From: Mobula hypostoma
Lineage: Eukaryota
Assembly (NCBI RefSeq): GCF_963921235.1
Contig: NC_086097.1
Span: 201,130,001-201,194,000 of the forward strand
Direction: 5' to 3'
DNA length: 64,000 nt
Of the stretch, positions 38,131 through 50,379 are shown piece by piece. The notes beneath the pieces were generated by a model. It did not search any database, was not told the origin of the DNA, and worked only from the letters and a program-made list of their open reading frames with translations. The first letter of the stretch is position 1. The number at the start of each line of letters is the position of its first letter. Both the position numbers and the translations under genes were made by a program.

Positions 38131-38974
38131 TTTGTTGTCAGCAAAGTGTCAACACCTTTATGGAATTAAACACGTTATATTCAATGGAACTTAACTTATT
38201 GCTTCTCCAAGTTCCTGCATGATACAAGTAATCTGAAGTTATATTTGCATTCAGCTTCAAGAGGTCTATCATTAATAAAATTCTGAAGTAGTAATACTTT
38301 TGAAAAAAAATTGTAGTTAGTCTTAGACTTCCAAAAATGAACCCCATATCCACTACCAATTCCATATATTGATCAGTTATTCCATCTCTTGAAAAAAAAC
38401 TGCAAGTGCTGCAAATCTAAAATAACAACAGAAAATCCTAATTAGTTAGGCCGCATCTGTGGAAAGAGAAAAAGAGATCTTTGAAGTGAAAGTTTAATTC
38501 AATTTCTTCGTAAACAATACAGCCTGTGCTGTCTGCAGCGTATTTTACCTAAATTATTTTCCTTACTTCTGAGCAAAAGTACCATCTTCGTATACTCTCC
38601 ATCACAGATGAATACTATCTCAATTTTCTATCTACACCTTGCTTTAACCTCTGACGTTAAAACCTTTTTTGCACTTTCTTATATGCAAGTCTGCCTATTG
38701 GGTTTATCTTATGGTCGAACTATAATCCTTCAGCTTTCATAGTTCTATGATTTTCCAAAACCCTCATGCCATGTTACAGCTTGTATCATCCCTGTTATTA
38801 GAGGTCAAATTAATCCCAAATTCAGCAACAATTTAAAACCTCTCAGCCCTGTCCATGTTTTCACTATTATCTGTGTCCATACTCAACACCTACTCAAAAT
38901 TCTCAAAATTCTTTCATCATTAGCATTTTGCACATATCTCATTTCTTCAACATGGACATTTCAGCTGCTAGTTT

Positions 38975-40152
38975 GTTGGAGTCATCTATTGTATCCGGTG
39001 CTTCTTCTGCCACAGACTGCAAATGGCAAGACTTTCAGTGGTTACCCATTTCAATTCAACTTCCCATTCCCATACTGACATGTCCGTCCAGGGCCTCCTC
39101 AACTGCCACAATGTAGCCAAACTCAGGTTGAAGGAGCATCACATCATATTCTTTCTTGATAGCCTCCAACCTGATGGCACGTACATTGATTTCTCCAGCG
39201 GCCTGTAATCACATACTCCTCCCACTTCTCTCTTTTTCCATTCCCCATTCTGGTTTGCCTCTCTCACCTTTTCTTCTTGTCACCTGCCCATCACCTTCCT
39301 CTGGTATCCCTCTGCCTTCCCTTTCTTCCATGACCACTGTTCTCTTCTATTAGATTACTTCTTGTTCAGCTCTTTATTTCTACACCCATCACCTCCTAGC
39401 TTCTTGCCCCACGCACTGACTTTCCACTCACCTGGTCTCACCTATGACCTGCCAGCTTGCATTCCTTCCGCTCCTCACCTTCTCATTCTGGCTTCTGCCC
39501 CTTTCCTTTCCAGTCCTGTTGAAGGGTCAAAATGTTGACTATTTTTTCCCCTCCATAGATGCTGCCTGATTTCTTCTAGGGTGCATCACAACTTGAATGG
39601 AAGTTGTCCTGTCCAAGACTGGAAGAAGCTGCAGAAAATCTTGAACACAGCCCAGCACATCACACAAACCAATCTTACGTCCTTGGACTCACTTTACACC
39701 GCACGCTGTCGGAGCAGTGCTGACAGGATAATCAAGGACACGACCCACCCAGCCAACACACTTTTCATCCCTCTTCCCTCGGGGAGAAGGCTCAGGAGCC
39801 TGAAGACTCGTATGGCCAGATTTGGGAACAGCTCCTTTCCAACTGTGATAAGACTGCTGAACGGATCCTGACCCGGATCTGGACCGTACCCTCCAAATAT
39901 CCAGACCTACCTCTTGGTTTTTTTCTTTCCCTTTTCTATTTTCTATTTATGATTTATATTTTAAATTTTTAATATTTACTATCGATTTGTACTCCAGGGA
40001 GCGTGAAGTGCAGAATCAAATATCACTGTGATGATTGTACGTTCTAGTATCAATTGTTTGGCGACAATAAAGTATAAAGTATTTGCTGAGTTCCTCCAGC
40101 ATTTTGAGTGTGTTGCTCAAATTTTCCTGTATCTGCAGAATCCGTTGTGTTC
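38975..40152 (+). mobile_element. Penelope GIY-YIG and terminal-repeat remnant, interrupted by a Rex-like 3' fragment (39573-40080)
   Basis: HFNSTSHSHTDMSV.GLL..RLKEHHII motif. gatgctgcctgATTT (39569-39572) resumes as ATTTgctgagttcctccagc (40081). The insert has KDTTHP..LPSGRRLRS. Confidence 0.85.
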
Positions 40153-40574
40153 ATAAGGCGTGAACTAAAATTCGATTCCTAAGACTGTCCATTTCTCAAA
40201 ATCTTTCTCAACTTCATGACACTTATATGGTACAAATTAAGAATGTTAATTGTTTCTCCACAGATGTTGTCTGATCTGCTGAGTATTAACAGCATTTTTA
40301 CACTGATTTCCCTATGATTACTCTTTATTTAGTTGTTAAAGAAGATTAGATGTTGTTTTTATTCTTATGGGGGGACATTTGATTGGTAGAGGAGAAATAT
40401 CTAGATGCAGCCAAACCTAAAGAAAGCTTTTTTTTCCTGGAGGGAGCAAGTACTATAAGCACTGCTACTGGAAGCCTTTTTTTTTTGTTTTCATAAAAGC
40501 ATAAAAGGTTTTAAGTATTAAAGCTATACATAATGGAGAAGTAAAATTTGGCATTAAATTATTTAATATTTCTA

Positions 40575-40693
40575 TTCCTCTATTGCACTATTTATTTATC
40601 TTCATAACTTACAACTTTTATGCCTTGCACTGTACTGCAGCAAAACAACAAATTTAATGACATATGTCAGTGATAATAAACCCTATTCTGATA
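40575..40693 (+). mobile_element. Rex1/Babar-like 3' UTR remnant
   Basis: gcactgtactgc..aaaacaacaaattt..gacatatgtcagtgataataaac, shared with other copies in the window. Confidence 0.65.
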
Positions 40694-42847
40694 ATGCAGA
40701 GTCTGTTGAGTCTTTTATGCATTTGCATTATAACACTATTAATGGTAATCTTTGCTCACCTGTAGCAAAACGAATTTCCCTGATGATAGAAATAATCGGA
40801 CTGGCTAACAACAGCATGGCTTATTCCAGTGTAACTATATCCTGTGCTAATTAATTACCAACAGTTAGTAAAACAAAATCTAAGATCCAAGATTAGAAAA
40901 TCCTTTTCAATATTTTTCAATATTAACAGATTATAAGCAATCTTACATAAATAAATGAAAAAAACATATAAATTAGCTTAGCCACAAAAGGCATTCCATT
41001 CAAAACATGAAACTCTTAGGATTTATCTTTACGAAAATGTCAGTTGAAAATGTCAGTATACCTACTGTGCTAAAAGAGAAAGCTCATTAATGAATTATGT
41101 TAATTAGACAATTTATTATGGAAGTTAGATCAATTAAATAATGCTTTTCATTTATTTCAAAAATGATACTATATCTTCATGAAATTTGAAGGGTATTTTC
41201 AACTTATTTTACAGAATAATACTTAAATATTCCAATTATACATATGTAGATTAGAGACTATCTTTCATGATGTTTCCAATAATTTAAATAATACCGTTGC
41301 TGGGTTGCATAATAGGACAACATTCAGTCATATCAACACAAAATTCATTGGGAATTTATTGGAAATGCAAAACCACATTTATGCAGTAAGAAATTGCCTA
41401 TTATAATTTGCCTCTATATATTTTATTACAGTAAAGGATTATTAAAGTTATTTTACTTAAATTTATACAGTTACTTGTAACATACAGTAAAGGCGGCTAA
41501 AATACAAAGTATAGATCAACCAAACTTGAAACACAAAGTAATCAGGCCATGGCCGGAAGAGTTATCTGAAGATTAAATAGCACAGACACTGGTTGTAAAT
41601 TTAAACATTTAGGTACAATTATTTTCTTTGGCTTTTTGCAAAGCATTATCTTTTTACATTTTTAACTAAAGTAAAGTTTCTATGGCTTTAGAAAATCTGC
41701 ATGTTAAGGAAGGGATGTTTTGCTTTGGTAATATAGTTAATGAGTCTAAAAATATTCAGTATAATAATTCTGTCAAAGCCCCCACAGTCTTTTCAATGAG
41801 CAGACTCCTGCAGGATTCCAATGGGGAGCCAAGTAATGAGCTTTCAGTATTCGCTCCCACATCGTCCAAGCGAAATATGCTTGGGCTTCCATGGTTCCAC
41901 ATCATTAGTAACATGAAACAAAGACACATGCTTGACTTTAACAAGCAAGTGAAGCAACTGACTTATTAGCCTGTTATGTACATAAACTTAATTTAAATGT
42001 GACAAAAGAGTTTGAACAAAAAATATATAAAATTTTATATAAATTAATGAAATCAGTGTCTTAAGATTTAAGGAGAAAAATGGAAGAATAAGGATTCAGC
42101 TAAGGTGGACTACGACTGTAAAAGGAGCTGGCGTACTAACAGAAACAATTGGGAAATTACATTATATCTCCATTAATTACATACACTTATGCAATTACAT
42201 TCAAACAATATTATATACAGGAGACAAGATTTAAACACCTGGCTGATTTGGGTTAGTCTCTCTCTCTGTTGAGGCCACACATAATAAGACTACCAATGAT
42301 TTCCAGAGCCGTACCATTGTTTGTTGCAATACTATAATGGGGCCACAAAACAAAAAAAGACTGCCTATCAATATTTGAAAAGTACATTTGAATTCTTTTT
42401 TTCCCTTCTCAGCAGAGTTACTTAAAAAAAATAATTCCAGGATTGCAGGGTTCTGGTTTAGTGAGGTTGTGGCATATCCCAGTGAGGTATAACTATAGCA
42501 AAATAAAGACGAAGAAAAACGTATTCAGCCTCCATGTTCAGGAAAATGGATAAACAGAAACAAATTATAAAGGATTAAAGGCTATGAATTTGTCAGCACT
42601 GGGAAAGTTGTGCTAAAACAGCTTTTAGTAGAGGCGCAGTTGGTTAATGGGGAGGAATTTTAGGCAAAGTCTCCTAGCAGGTAAAGTTGTGACCTTAAAC
42701 ATCATACGAAACAAAATATGTACTCCATATTTTAGTGTTGCCAAAGGTTTTTCCTTGGTTGTTTTTGATATTTTGAAGTTCCTGGAGGAAATCAGGTTAC
42801 AGGGAAGCGCAGGTGGTAAGTGTGAGGGTGTACAATTAAGCAATCCT

Positions 42848-43210
42848 AAAACCATAAAACATAGGAGGGAATTAGGCCAATCAGTCCATCGAGTCCCCTC
42901 CTCCATTTTATCATGGCTGCTCCTGGATCCCATTCAACCACATACACCTGACCTCTCACCATATCCCCTGATGCCCTGACCAATCAGGGATCCATTAACT
43001 TCTGCTTTATATATACCCATGAGCTCCACCGCAGTCTGTGGCAGAGCATTCCACAGATTCACCACTCTATGGCTAAAAAAAAATCCTTCTTACTTCTGCT
43101 CGAAAAGGTCGCCCCTCAATTTGGAGGCTGTGCCCTCTACTTCTGGATACCCCCACCAGAGGGAACATCCTCGCCACATCCACCTTATCTAGTCCTTTCA
43201 ACATTTGGTA
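42848..43210 (-). mobile_element. CR1 3' fragment
   Basis: YQMLKGLDKVDV.RMFP..SRGHSL motif and a CCATAA-type tail. Confidence 0.85.
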
Positions 43211-43489
43211 AGAATCATTAATGGAGAAAAAAGTAAAGGATTCAGTGGAAGGATGCACGAAGCATCAAATTTTGAATGATGACCAAATAAATCAAGCGGA
43301 GTTAGAAATCAATCAAGTTGATGGTGGTGGATTCAAGTATGTGATCAGGTGATAGGTTGACAGAGACAGACAATCTAACAGGTTTGCGCAAAAGGGACAA
43401 TGCTTTCAATAATCCTACGACAGTAGGTTCCTGAAAGTAATGGGAGCTGCAGCTAATAGCAAAGGCCAAGTGAAGACCTATACATCAAG

Positions 43490-43741
43490 CAACACACATC
43501 AAAGTTGCTGGTGAACGCAGCAGGCCAGGCAGCATCTCTAGGAAGAGGTACAGTTGGTTCGTCAGGACTGACTGAAGGAAGAGCTAGTAAGAGATTCCTT
43601 AAGTTAGTCCTGACGAAGGGTCTCGGCCCAAAACATCGACTGTACCTCTTCCTAGAGATGCTGCCTGGCCTGCTGCGTTCACCAGCAACTTTGATGTGTG
43701 TTGCTTGAATTTCCAGCATCTTCAGAATTTCTCATGTTTGC
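43490..43741. mobile_element. Short fold-back Penelope terminal-repeat insertion with a 14-bp TSD
   Basis: Inverted arms; TSD ACCTATACATCAAG at 43476-43489 and 43742-43755. The plus-strand hammerhead (43606-43641) has GAAA>AAAA, and the minus-strand one has lost stem II. Confidence 0.9.
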
Positions 43742-44999
43742 ACCTATACATCAAGATTATTTATTAAATTAAACCTGCTTTGAACTCCATGCCAATTTCC
43801 TTTCTGGACTTCTTTTAGCCCAAGATCCACTTCCTAACAGATTCAGGTGGACAGCATCACTGCTGCCTCGCCTCAACCTCAGATTAACAGTGAAACCAAG
43901 ATCCAAAATTTAAGGCAAAATACCAACCTATTCCTGTGAGAGTCTGAGTCAACAGTTGAATAAAAAAAACTGGGACAAGTGGAAGCATAGTGGGATCAAA
44001 CACAGTAAGTGATTGCCTCATTTTAATGTGTGACCCCACAAATATTCCTCCCCAGTTTTCTGAAGGAATTAATATCATCATCCAATTAATTGTTAACTGA
44101 TTTTGAAGTTTTTGCCTCAATTGGTCTAACTAGAAAACTGCTTCATACAATGAACACTCTATCTGAGAATGTATTTTCCGAAAGATGCTATTTCTCAGTT
44201 GATACATTTTCACTCCCTCCCTTCAAATGTCATGGATAAGGTAACGGATATCACCACTAAGGAAGGTCTGAATGCAAATTTCAGTCATAAATTCAATGTG
44301 AATGGTTTTTCAATTTGCAACACGAGTACTTACTTGTTTGTAAAGCAACTTGGTAGGTTCCAGGGTATTGAAAAGAGTGACTGAATGACAAATAACCATG
44401 GTGAGAAATGTCATTAGCAGGTCAACAAGAAAAAGAAGGAAAGAATCCATGTGGGAAACAGAGTTTAGTTACTTGAACGTTACATAACTTATAACATGAA
44501 TAAGATTGCTGGACAGTTAAAATTAAGGAAACTACCTAAATACAAAAGCAGAAAGAGCATGCTTCCTGTGATAGCAGCAAGCAAGATCCGTATAGCAAAA
44601 TGCCCTAAACTCTGCTGAATAGCACAAAGTACTATAGCAGCATAGATGTGAATTGTTAATAATATATCTACTGCCTTTCTGAGAAATAAGTCAGACTCCC
44701 TTTTCTGGTCTGGCCTCATTGTGACACTGACTTGCGGTAGTATGGTTGATACTGAATTGCCCACAGAAGAGAATGAAAAAGCACTTTACAGCATCATAAC
44801 CATTATCTTAACATAGAAGAATAGATAAAACCAGATGGAATACCTGGGCAATTTGGTCAATAAGCTTATCCCAGTTGACTTGACCAGAGCCCCCTCATAC
44901 ACATATCTGGACTGCACCTTAATTAGGAGAGATGTCCAAGATACCATGAAGAAAGATCATGATATAGTTGTACTTACAGAAACACAGCTTAAAGACAGT

Positions 45000-45097
45000 T
45001 AGTCCTGACGAAGGGTCTCGGCCTGAAACGTCGACTGCACCTCTTCCTACAGATGCTGCTTGGCCTGCTGCGTTCACCAGCAACTTTGATGTGTGTT
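45000..45097 (+). mobile_element. ~100-bp Penelope-derived insertion consisting of a hammerhead plus tail, with a 13-bp TSD
   Basis: TSD GCTTAAAGACAGT at 44987-44999 and 45098-45110. Confidence 0.9.
45001..45036 (+). ncRNA. Minimal type I hammerhead ribozyme motif, core intact
   Basis: AGTC-CTGACGA-A-GGGT-CTCG-GCCT-GAAAC-GTC-GACT. Predicted cleavage is after C45032. Confidence 0.78.
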
Positions 45098-45930
45098 GCT
45101 TAAAGACAGTGTGCCTAAATTCCACATGATAAGCTCTGGGTACATATAGGTGGAAGAGCATAGACTTGAGAGTCATTAATATTGACTCTAGACCCTATAA
45201 AAGCTCATTGCTATGTGTCAAATATTGGCAAGGCAGACAAAAGAAATATTTCACCATATTCAGAAACACTTGGTAGAAGCACTGAAAGTAGCAAAGATGC
45301 AGGATACACTCTGGATGGGGAATGCATTTTTCTTCACCAGGAGTGCTATGGTAGTTCTCCTACTAACCATTGTTGTTAAGTACTGAAGGGTGCAGTTGAC
45401 TGTCTACAGTAGGTAGTAAATCAATCAATGAGAGAAGTAATCCTACCTAACCTTGATTTTACCAAGGTTAGTGTACTACTATCTATTACAGCATTGGTAG
45501 GACTGAGAAACCAAGAAACACTCAACAATTAGCTGTGCTTCTATTGCAGTACACTCATTTCTACCAGGCAATGTGGGAATTGACCGGGTAGGTCCAGTTC
45601 ACAAGAAGCAGGACAAATCCAATCCAGCTAATTTCCTCCTAAATAACCTTCTTTTCATCATTGCAAAGTGCTCAGATCTGTCAATTAATGTATAAACTAC
45701 TCAATGATGCCCTAATTAGGTTTTGTCAGATCACATGGACAGAAACCTTATCACAGCCGTCTTTCAAACATGAACCAAAGAACATAGTTGCTCTGCTTTA
45801 ACTGAATTCAATCAGCATTAAGGAGAGAATACACAAATGGAGTATAAAAGGAAATGTTGTGATTATCAGAGGTCAATCATTCTAATCAAAGGACATTACT
45901 CCAAGAGTTCTTCAGAGTAATGTTCAAGGC

Positions 45931-46011
45931 TGGGGGTTACCAACCTTTTTTCACACCTTGGACCAATACCATTAAGCAATGTATCTGTGGAGCCCAGGCT
46001 GGGAACCTCTG
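45931..46011. mobile_element. hAT MITE, reversed copy of the 28514 family
   Basis: accttttttcacaccttggaccaataccattaagc is the approximate reverse complement of the 28514 core; degenerate TSD TTCAAGGC/TTTAAGAC. Confidence 0.75.
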
Positions 46012-47122
46012 TTTAAGACCTAACCATCTTTTCAATGGTTTCATCAATGACCTCTTCCTTCCATCAGAAGTGGACATGTTTAGTGATGACTGCACATATT
46101 CAAATCTATTCACAACTTTTCAGAAAATGAAACAGTCGATGGTTGCACCCAGTAAAAGATGAATGTTGTCAAGACAAGTAACATTCACACATCAAGAATG
46201 TCAAGCAATGATCATCTCCGGCCTAAAAAAATCCAGCTAACCTTTCCAGACATTCAATCATATTACTATCACCAAATTCTCACTGTCAATATTCTAGGGA
46301 TCACCATTCTGAATAAATTGGACGGGTCAATTGTTGGAAAACCTACACTGAATGAATCACCTTCTAGCATCCCACAACCTTTCTGGAGCATAATAGATTA
46401 CTCCACACTTGTCTGGATGAAACACTGAAGCAACTTAATACTCTCAAATGAGACCACTTAATGGTCACCTCATAGATTTCCTCCTCCCCCAATGCAACAT
46501 GCAACAAGCTGTATCAATTTCAAAATGCACTTCAGTTACCAGCACAGACTACTCTGATAATCCCTTTCTAACCCTGTGAATTCCATCACGAAGAAGCCAT
46601 AGACACTAGGTTCATGGGAATGGAAGCTGCAGATTTCCAACAAGTCACACATCATCCCAACTTGGAAAGATATCATTGCTGTTTAGTCAACTTTGGGTCA
46701 AAATCTACCCAACAGGATTATGGAATATCACCACCACCACCTTAAGCACTTGCAGTCTTATCATCAATGTGGGCATTATGAAAAATATCGTCCTAGTAAT
46801 ACAAACTGGCTAAATCAGAATGAATAAATTTCAGAACCAAACTAAGGTGGTGCTTGGGGTTTAACAGCATAATCAGTTGGCAACTGAAGATAGTTAATAA
46901 GCTGGCATCTCCGACTGGAACTAATTATTGCTTTTGTGAAAACACACAGGTAAGCTCGGTGAGAGGAAAGTAAAATGTGTGCAGGAATAGGGATGGGGGT
47001 GAGGGTGACTCACAGTGGTCAACTGTTGTTTGCTAAACCAGGAAAACAACTCCTACCTTTTAAACTTCAACAAAAAAAAACAATTTGAAAAATATGGACT
47101 TTTTTTTTAAATAGGTTCCCTT

Positions 47123-47990
47123 TGTGACAAGAATACACATAGATTAAGATGTTAGCTGGTCTGTGCTGGCACCAGTGGGATCAGCAGTTGGTCTGCCACC
47201 TGTCTTCAGGAGAGAGAGAGATAAGGAAAACAATGGAGCAGCATTTGGAGATGTTAATGAAGGAAGGAGAGCTGTCAAGATCGGCTCCCCCTTTGAACCC
47301 TGAACTGTTTGAAGTGATGGACAGGCGATACCCCAGCAGGGGGATAAAAAGGGACAGGTTCGCTAAGACAGGACACACGACACCCGAGGTAACGAGACCC
47401 TGGAAGCGGTGCGTCTCTCACAAGTCGGTGGGAAGTTCTTGGACGGCTGATCGTGGGATCAAGCCATAGATGCTCAGGGTGGAAAGGCATGATCGGCGGG
47501 AACCTGGTGTGTGTCCACCCTTGCCTGGGTGCTGGGTTCACCGCAGAGAAACGATCGTATCTGGAAACGGAGGGATCACGGTCGGTGACCTCAGATGACA
47601 TCACAAAGGACTCGCCCGAAAGCTGACTGCGAAGGTCTGTGTGGAAGCCTTGAATATTCATTCGTTTTGCTCTCTCTCTCCATCCCCCCACTGTCCATCG
47701 CCATGGCAGCGATTACTGCGAACTGAACTGAACTAAATTGAACTGAACTTTGCATCACTTTGAAACTGGTCATTTACCCCTAGACAACGATAGAGCTTGA
47801 TTGATCCTGTTATCTTAATTCTGTGTACATGTATGTTTATCATTGCTGAACTGTTGCATTCATTATCCTTTTGATTAGAGTACTGTGTTGCTTGTTTCTT
47901 TAATAAAACTTTCTTAGTTCTAGTAATCCAGACTCCAACTGAGTGATCCATTTCTGCTGGTTTGGCAACCCAGTTACGGGGTACGTAACA
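47123..47990 (+). mobile_element. Solo LTR (868 bp)
   Basis: TGTGAC...GTAACA termini, 4-bp TSD CCTT (47119-47122 and 47991-47994), AATAAA at ~47902, an internal (AACTG)n run, and CpG-rich relative to the flanks. Confidence 0.88.
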
Positions 47991-50379
47991 CCTTGCCCCA
48001 GTGACAATGAACCACTCATGAAAGAGCTCAAGTTCTGGAAATACCAGGTAAGATTTGCACTTTGCCAGCTCTGATGAGTATAAATAAATTTAAAGTTGGG
48101 ATCTGCAATGGATACAGGACCTTAATTTCTGGTGTATTTTTAGGGCTACATACAAACAGCCCTTGACCTAATTAGCATTGATTCAAATATCCATGATATT
48201 TCACACTGCTCAATTCTGCTAAATTAGTTATTGTTATGTCTATTTCTCTTTACAGAAAACAATGCTAAATTTAAGCCCTCTATTATAGTAGACAATTCAT
48301 TTATTAATAAAACTTCAATTAGATTTTTTCATGTTGTGATGTGCAGTTAAAATAATGTAGTTTCTTTTTTGCTTGATAGCCAATGCAGAATATGAGCTGA
48401 TTGTTTGCATATTATGGTGTATGATAATCACTACAAACACTCTATACAGACATGGAATACTGTTCTATTGTAAAGGAGTATATTAACCTTACTTGTTAAG
48501 TAATTTGTGGAAAGTAAACTATCAAGTTAAACAGAAACACATTTTCAATATATGTGGTAAGCTTCTTTCCATATTTATACCACTCACAGGCTAGAAATAT
48601 GTATCATGAGCCATAATGTAATCAGAAATTCTGCTGGCACTGCATTACAAGTAATTCTGGGAAGGTACTGGCTACATAACAAAGTGGCTTGCAAAGATTG
48701 TCCCTCTGTCCAAATTTGTAACAAAGGAAAAGTGAACTTTTAGGACTGGTGAATGAAAAAAGGTAACTAAGTTGAAATATCCTCTCATTGTACTGTAAAG
48801 ATTTAGAAAATGCACCAACAGCAATAAATGAGATGGACGCAGTGTTGTAATAATTCTGATACACTTGACTAATGCAGTTATTTGCAATGAGGTTGGCAAA
48901 ATGCCCAAAGCAGTGAGCAAGCAAACAGAGCGAGACAGCTGGCTTAGCACCTTCGATTACTACTGCCATATCCACCAGCTCTTCTGTCAGTGCGGTGTTC
49001 ACCGATGTGTATTTTAGTACAAACATTTACGCTAAGAAATTCATCCAAAGTACATTTTGTCAAATTTCTCAGATGCCTTTCAAGCAAATGTAGCTGGTGA
49101 CAAAAGCTGATTATTCAAATTAGCATGCAACACAAGGCAGCTTATGTATTTTAAAGTAATATGATTGCTTTTTGCTTATAATAAAGAAAGGCACATTTGA
49201 TTTTGAAAGTGACAAAAAGCAATATTAGCTAAGCAAAACAATTTAATGTAATAAATGTAAATGTAATAGGATAAGAATTTTTTGGTTTTGATTTTTATGT
49301 TTGCCTGGTTCATTGCATTCAGACATTTGTTTTCAACGTGGTGGCTGAGGGCAGAGGTATATTTTCTCAGTTCCCTATTTTATTCCCAATGCTTAGAAAA
49401 CAAAATATAAGGTTCACCACTAAAACATTTTCTATTTAAAATATTTGGCATACTATTCTGTTAAAAAGATATAAAACCCATTAGAAGTGCAAGTGGCAAT
49501 ATAATTTGAGAAGTATTACATTCCAATCCATCGGTCTGCTGACATTAACTGATCTTTATCTCTCTCATTAAAACACTGTCTAAGCAAAACAATTAAATCA
49601 CAAAAATGTTATGTTGAGTTGCCACGAATTTTTAAAACATTATTATTTCTGTATCTGAAGAATATCCTGCTGTCAGACTCAGCTCATTAAGAAAACAAAA
49701 ACAGGGCCCATTATATATTACTGGTGGTAGGAATGGGATACTTTAAAAAAAACACAAAATTGGATTATTGCTTGCGCTTTTGTTTTATTTGATGGAATCA
49801 CACCAGCAGATAGTAAAATAGCAACAGAAAAAAGGAAGCTAAATATTGTGAGAGAGGGAGAGAAAGGGGAGGGGAGGGAGAGTGGGAGAATGGGTGAGGG
49901 GAGAGAGAGAATTAACAATGACATCCTCTGTTACAATGACAACACACCATTATTCTTTTAATGGTTGATGCAGAACCTTTAGAGTAGTTCTTCAGTAGGA
50001 TCTAATCTTGCTCCATCCTAGCCCTTGCCAACATATTGCCTATAAGTGCCATCAGTTCAAGATTTGAGTATCAAGTTGAATATATCATGTGGTCTGTTTG
50101 TTAACCACTCAGTTCTGGGTAAACACAACTTCCTGCAGTTAGATATTGAAGAGTAAAGCTATTGAAATCAAACAATTCATAACACTGACAGACGTTGTTC
50201 ACGTGAAACAACAGTTCCCCTGAAAAATGCCATTTGAACCACCCAGAGACTGATTTCAAGACGGGTGCCAAGCTAGTCTCTATTGGGGTCAAAGCTCAGA
50301 CTTTTTTAAAAGTTTTTTAGCTTCATAAAAATGGGTTTGGGAACAGAGAAGGAAGTTAGAGATCAGGTTAGAGTTTAGG

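Larger units (their letters stand above)
44820..46770 (+). mobile_element. Ancient, heavily deleted CR1-group LINE
   Basis: DIVVLTET (APE) at ~44961, and FNGFINDL and MFSDDCT (RT) at ~46030-46095. Boundaries are approximate. Confidence 0.6.

Noticed and set aside
40757..40845. Possible extra minus-strand exon (cacag|GAT...CAG|gtgag)
   Set aside because: It has a stop in the phase-0 frame that the flanking exons require, and those exons already join seamlessly.
47720..47750. (AACTG)n and other short tandem tails as CRISPR-like or satellite arrays
   Set aside because: They are simple repeats with no spacers, belonging to an LTR or to LINE tails.
48622..49026. 134-aa minus-strand ORF
   Set aside because: No recognisable motif or splice signals; more likely a chance ORF over non-coding sequence.
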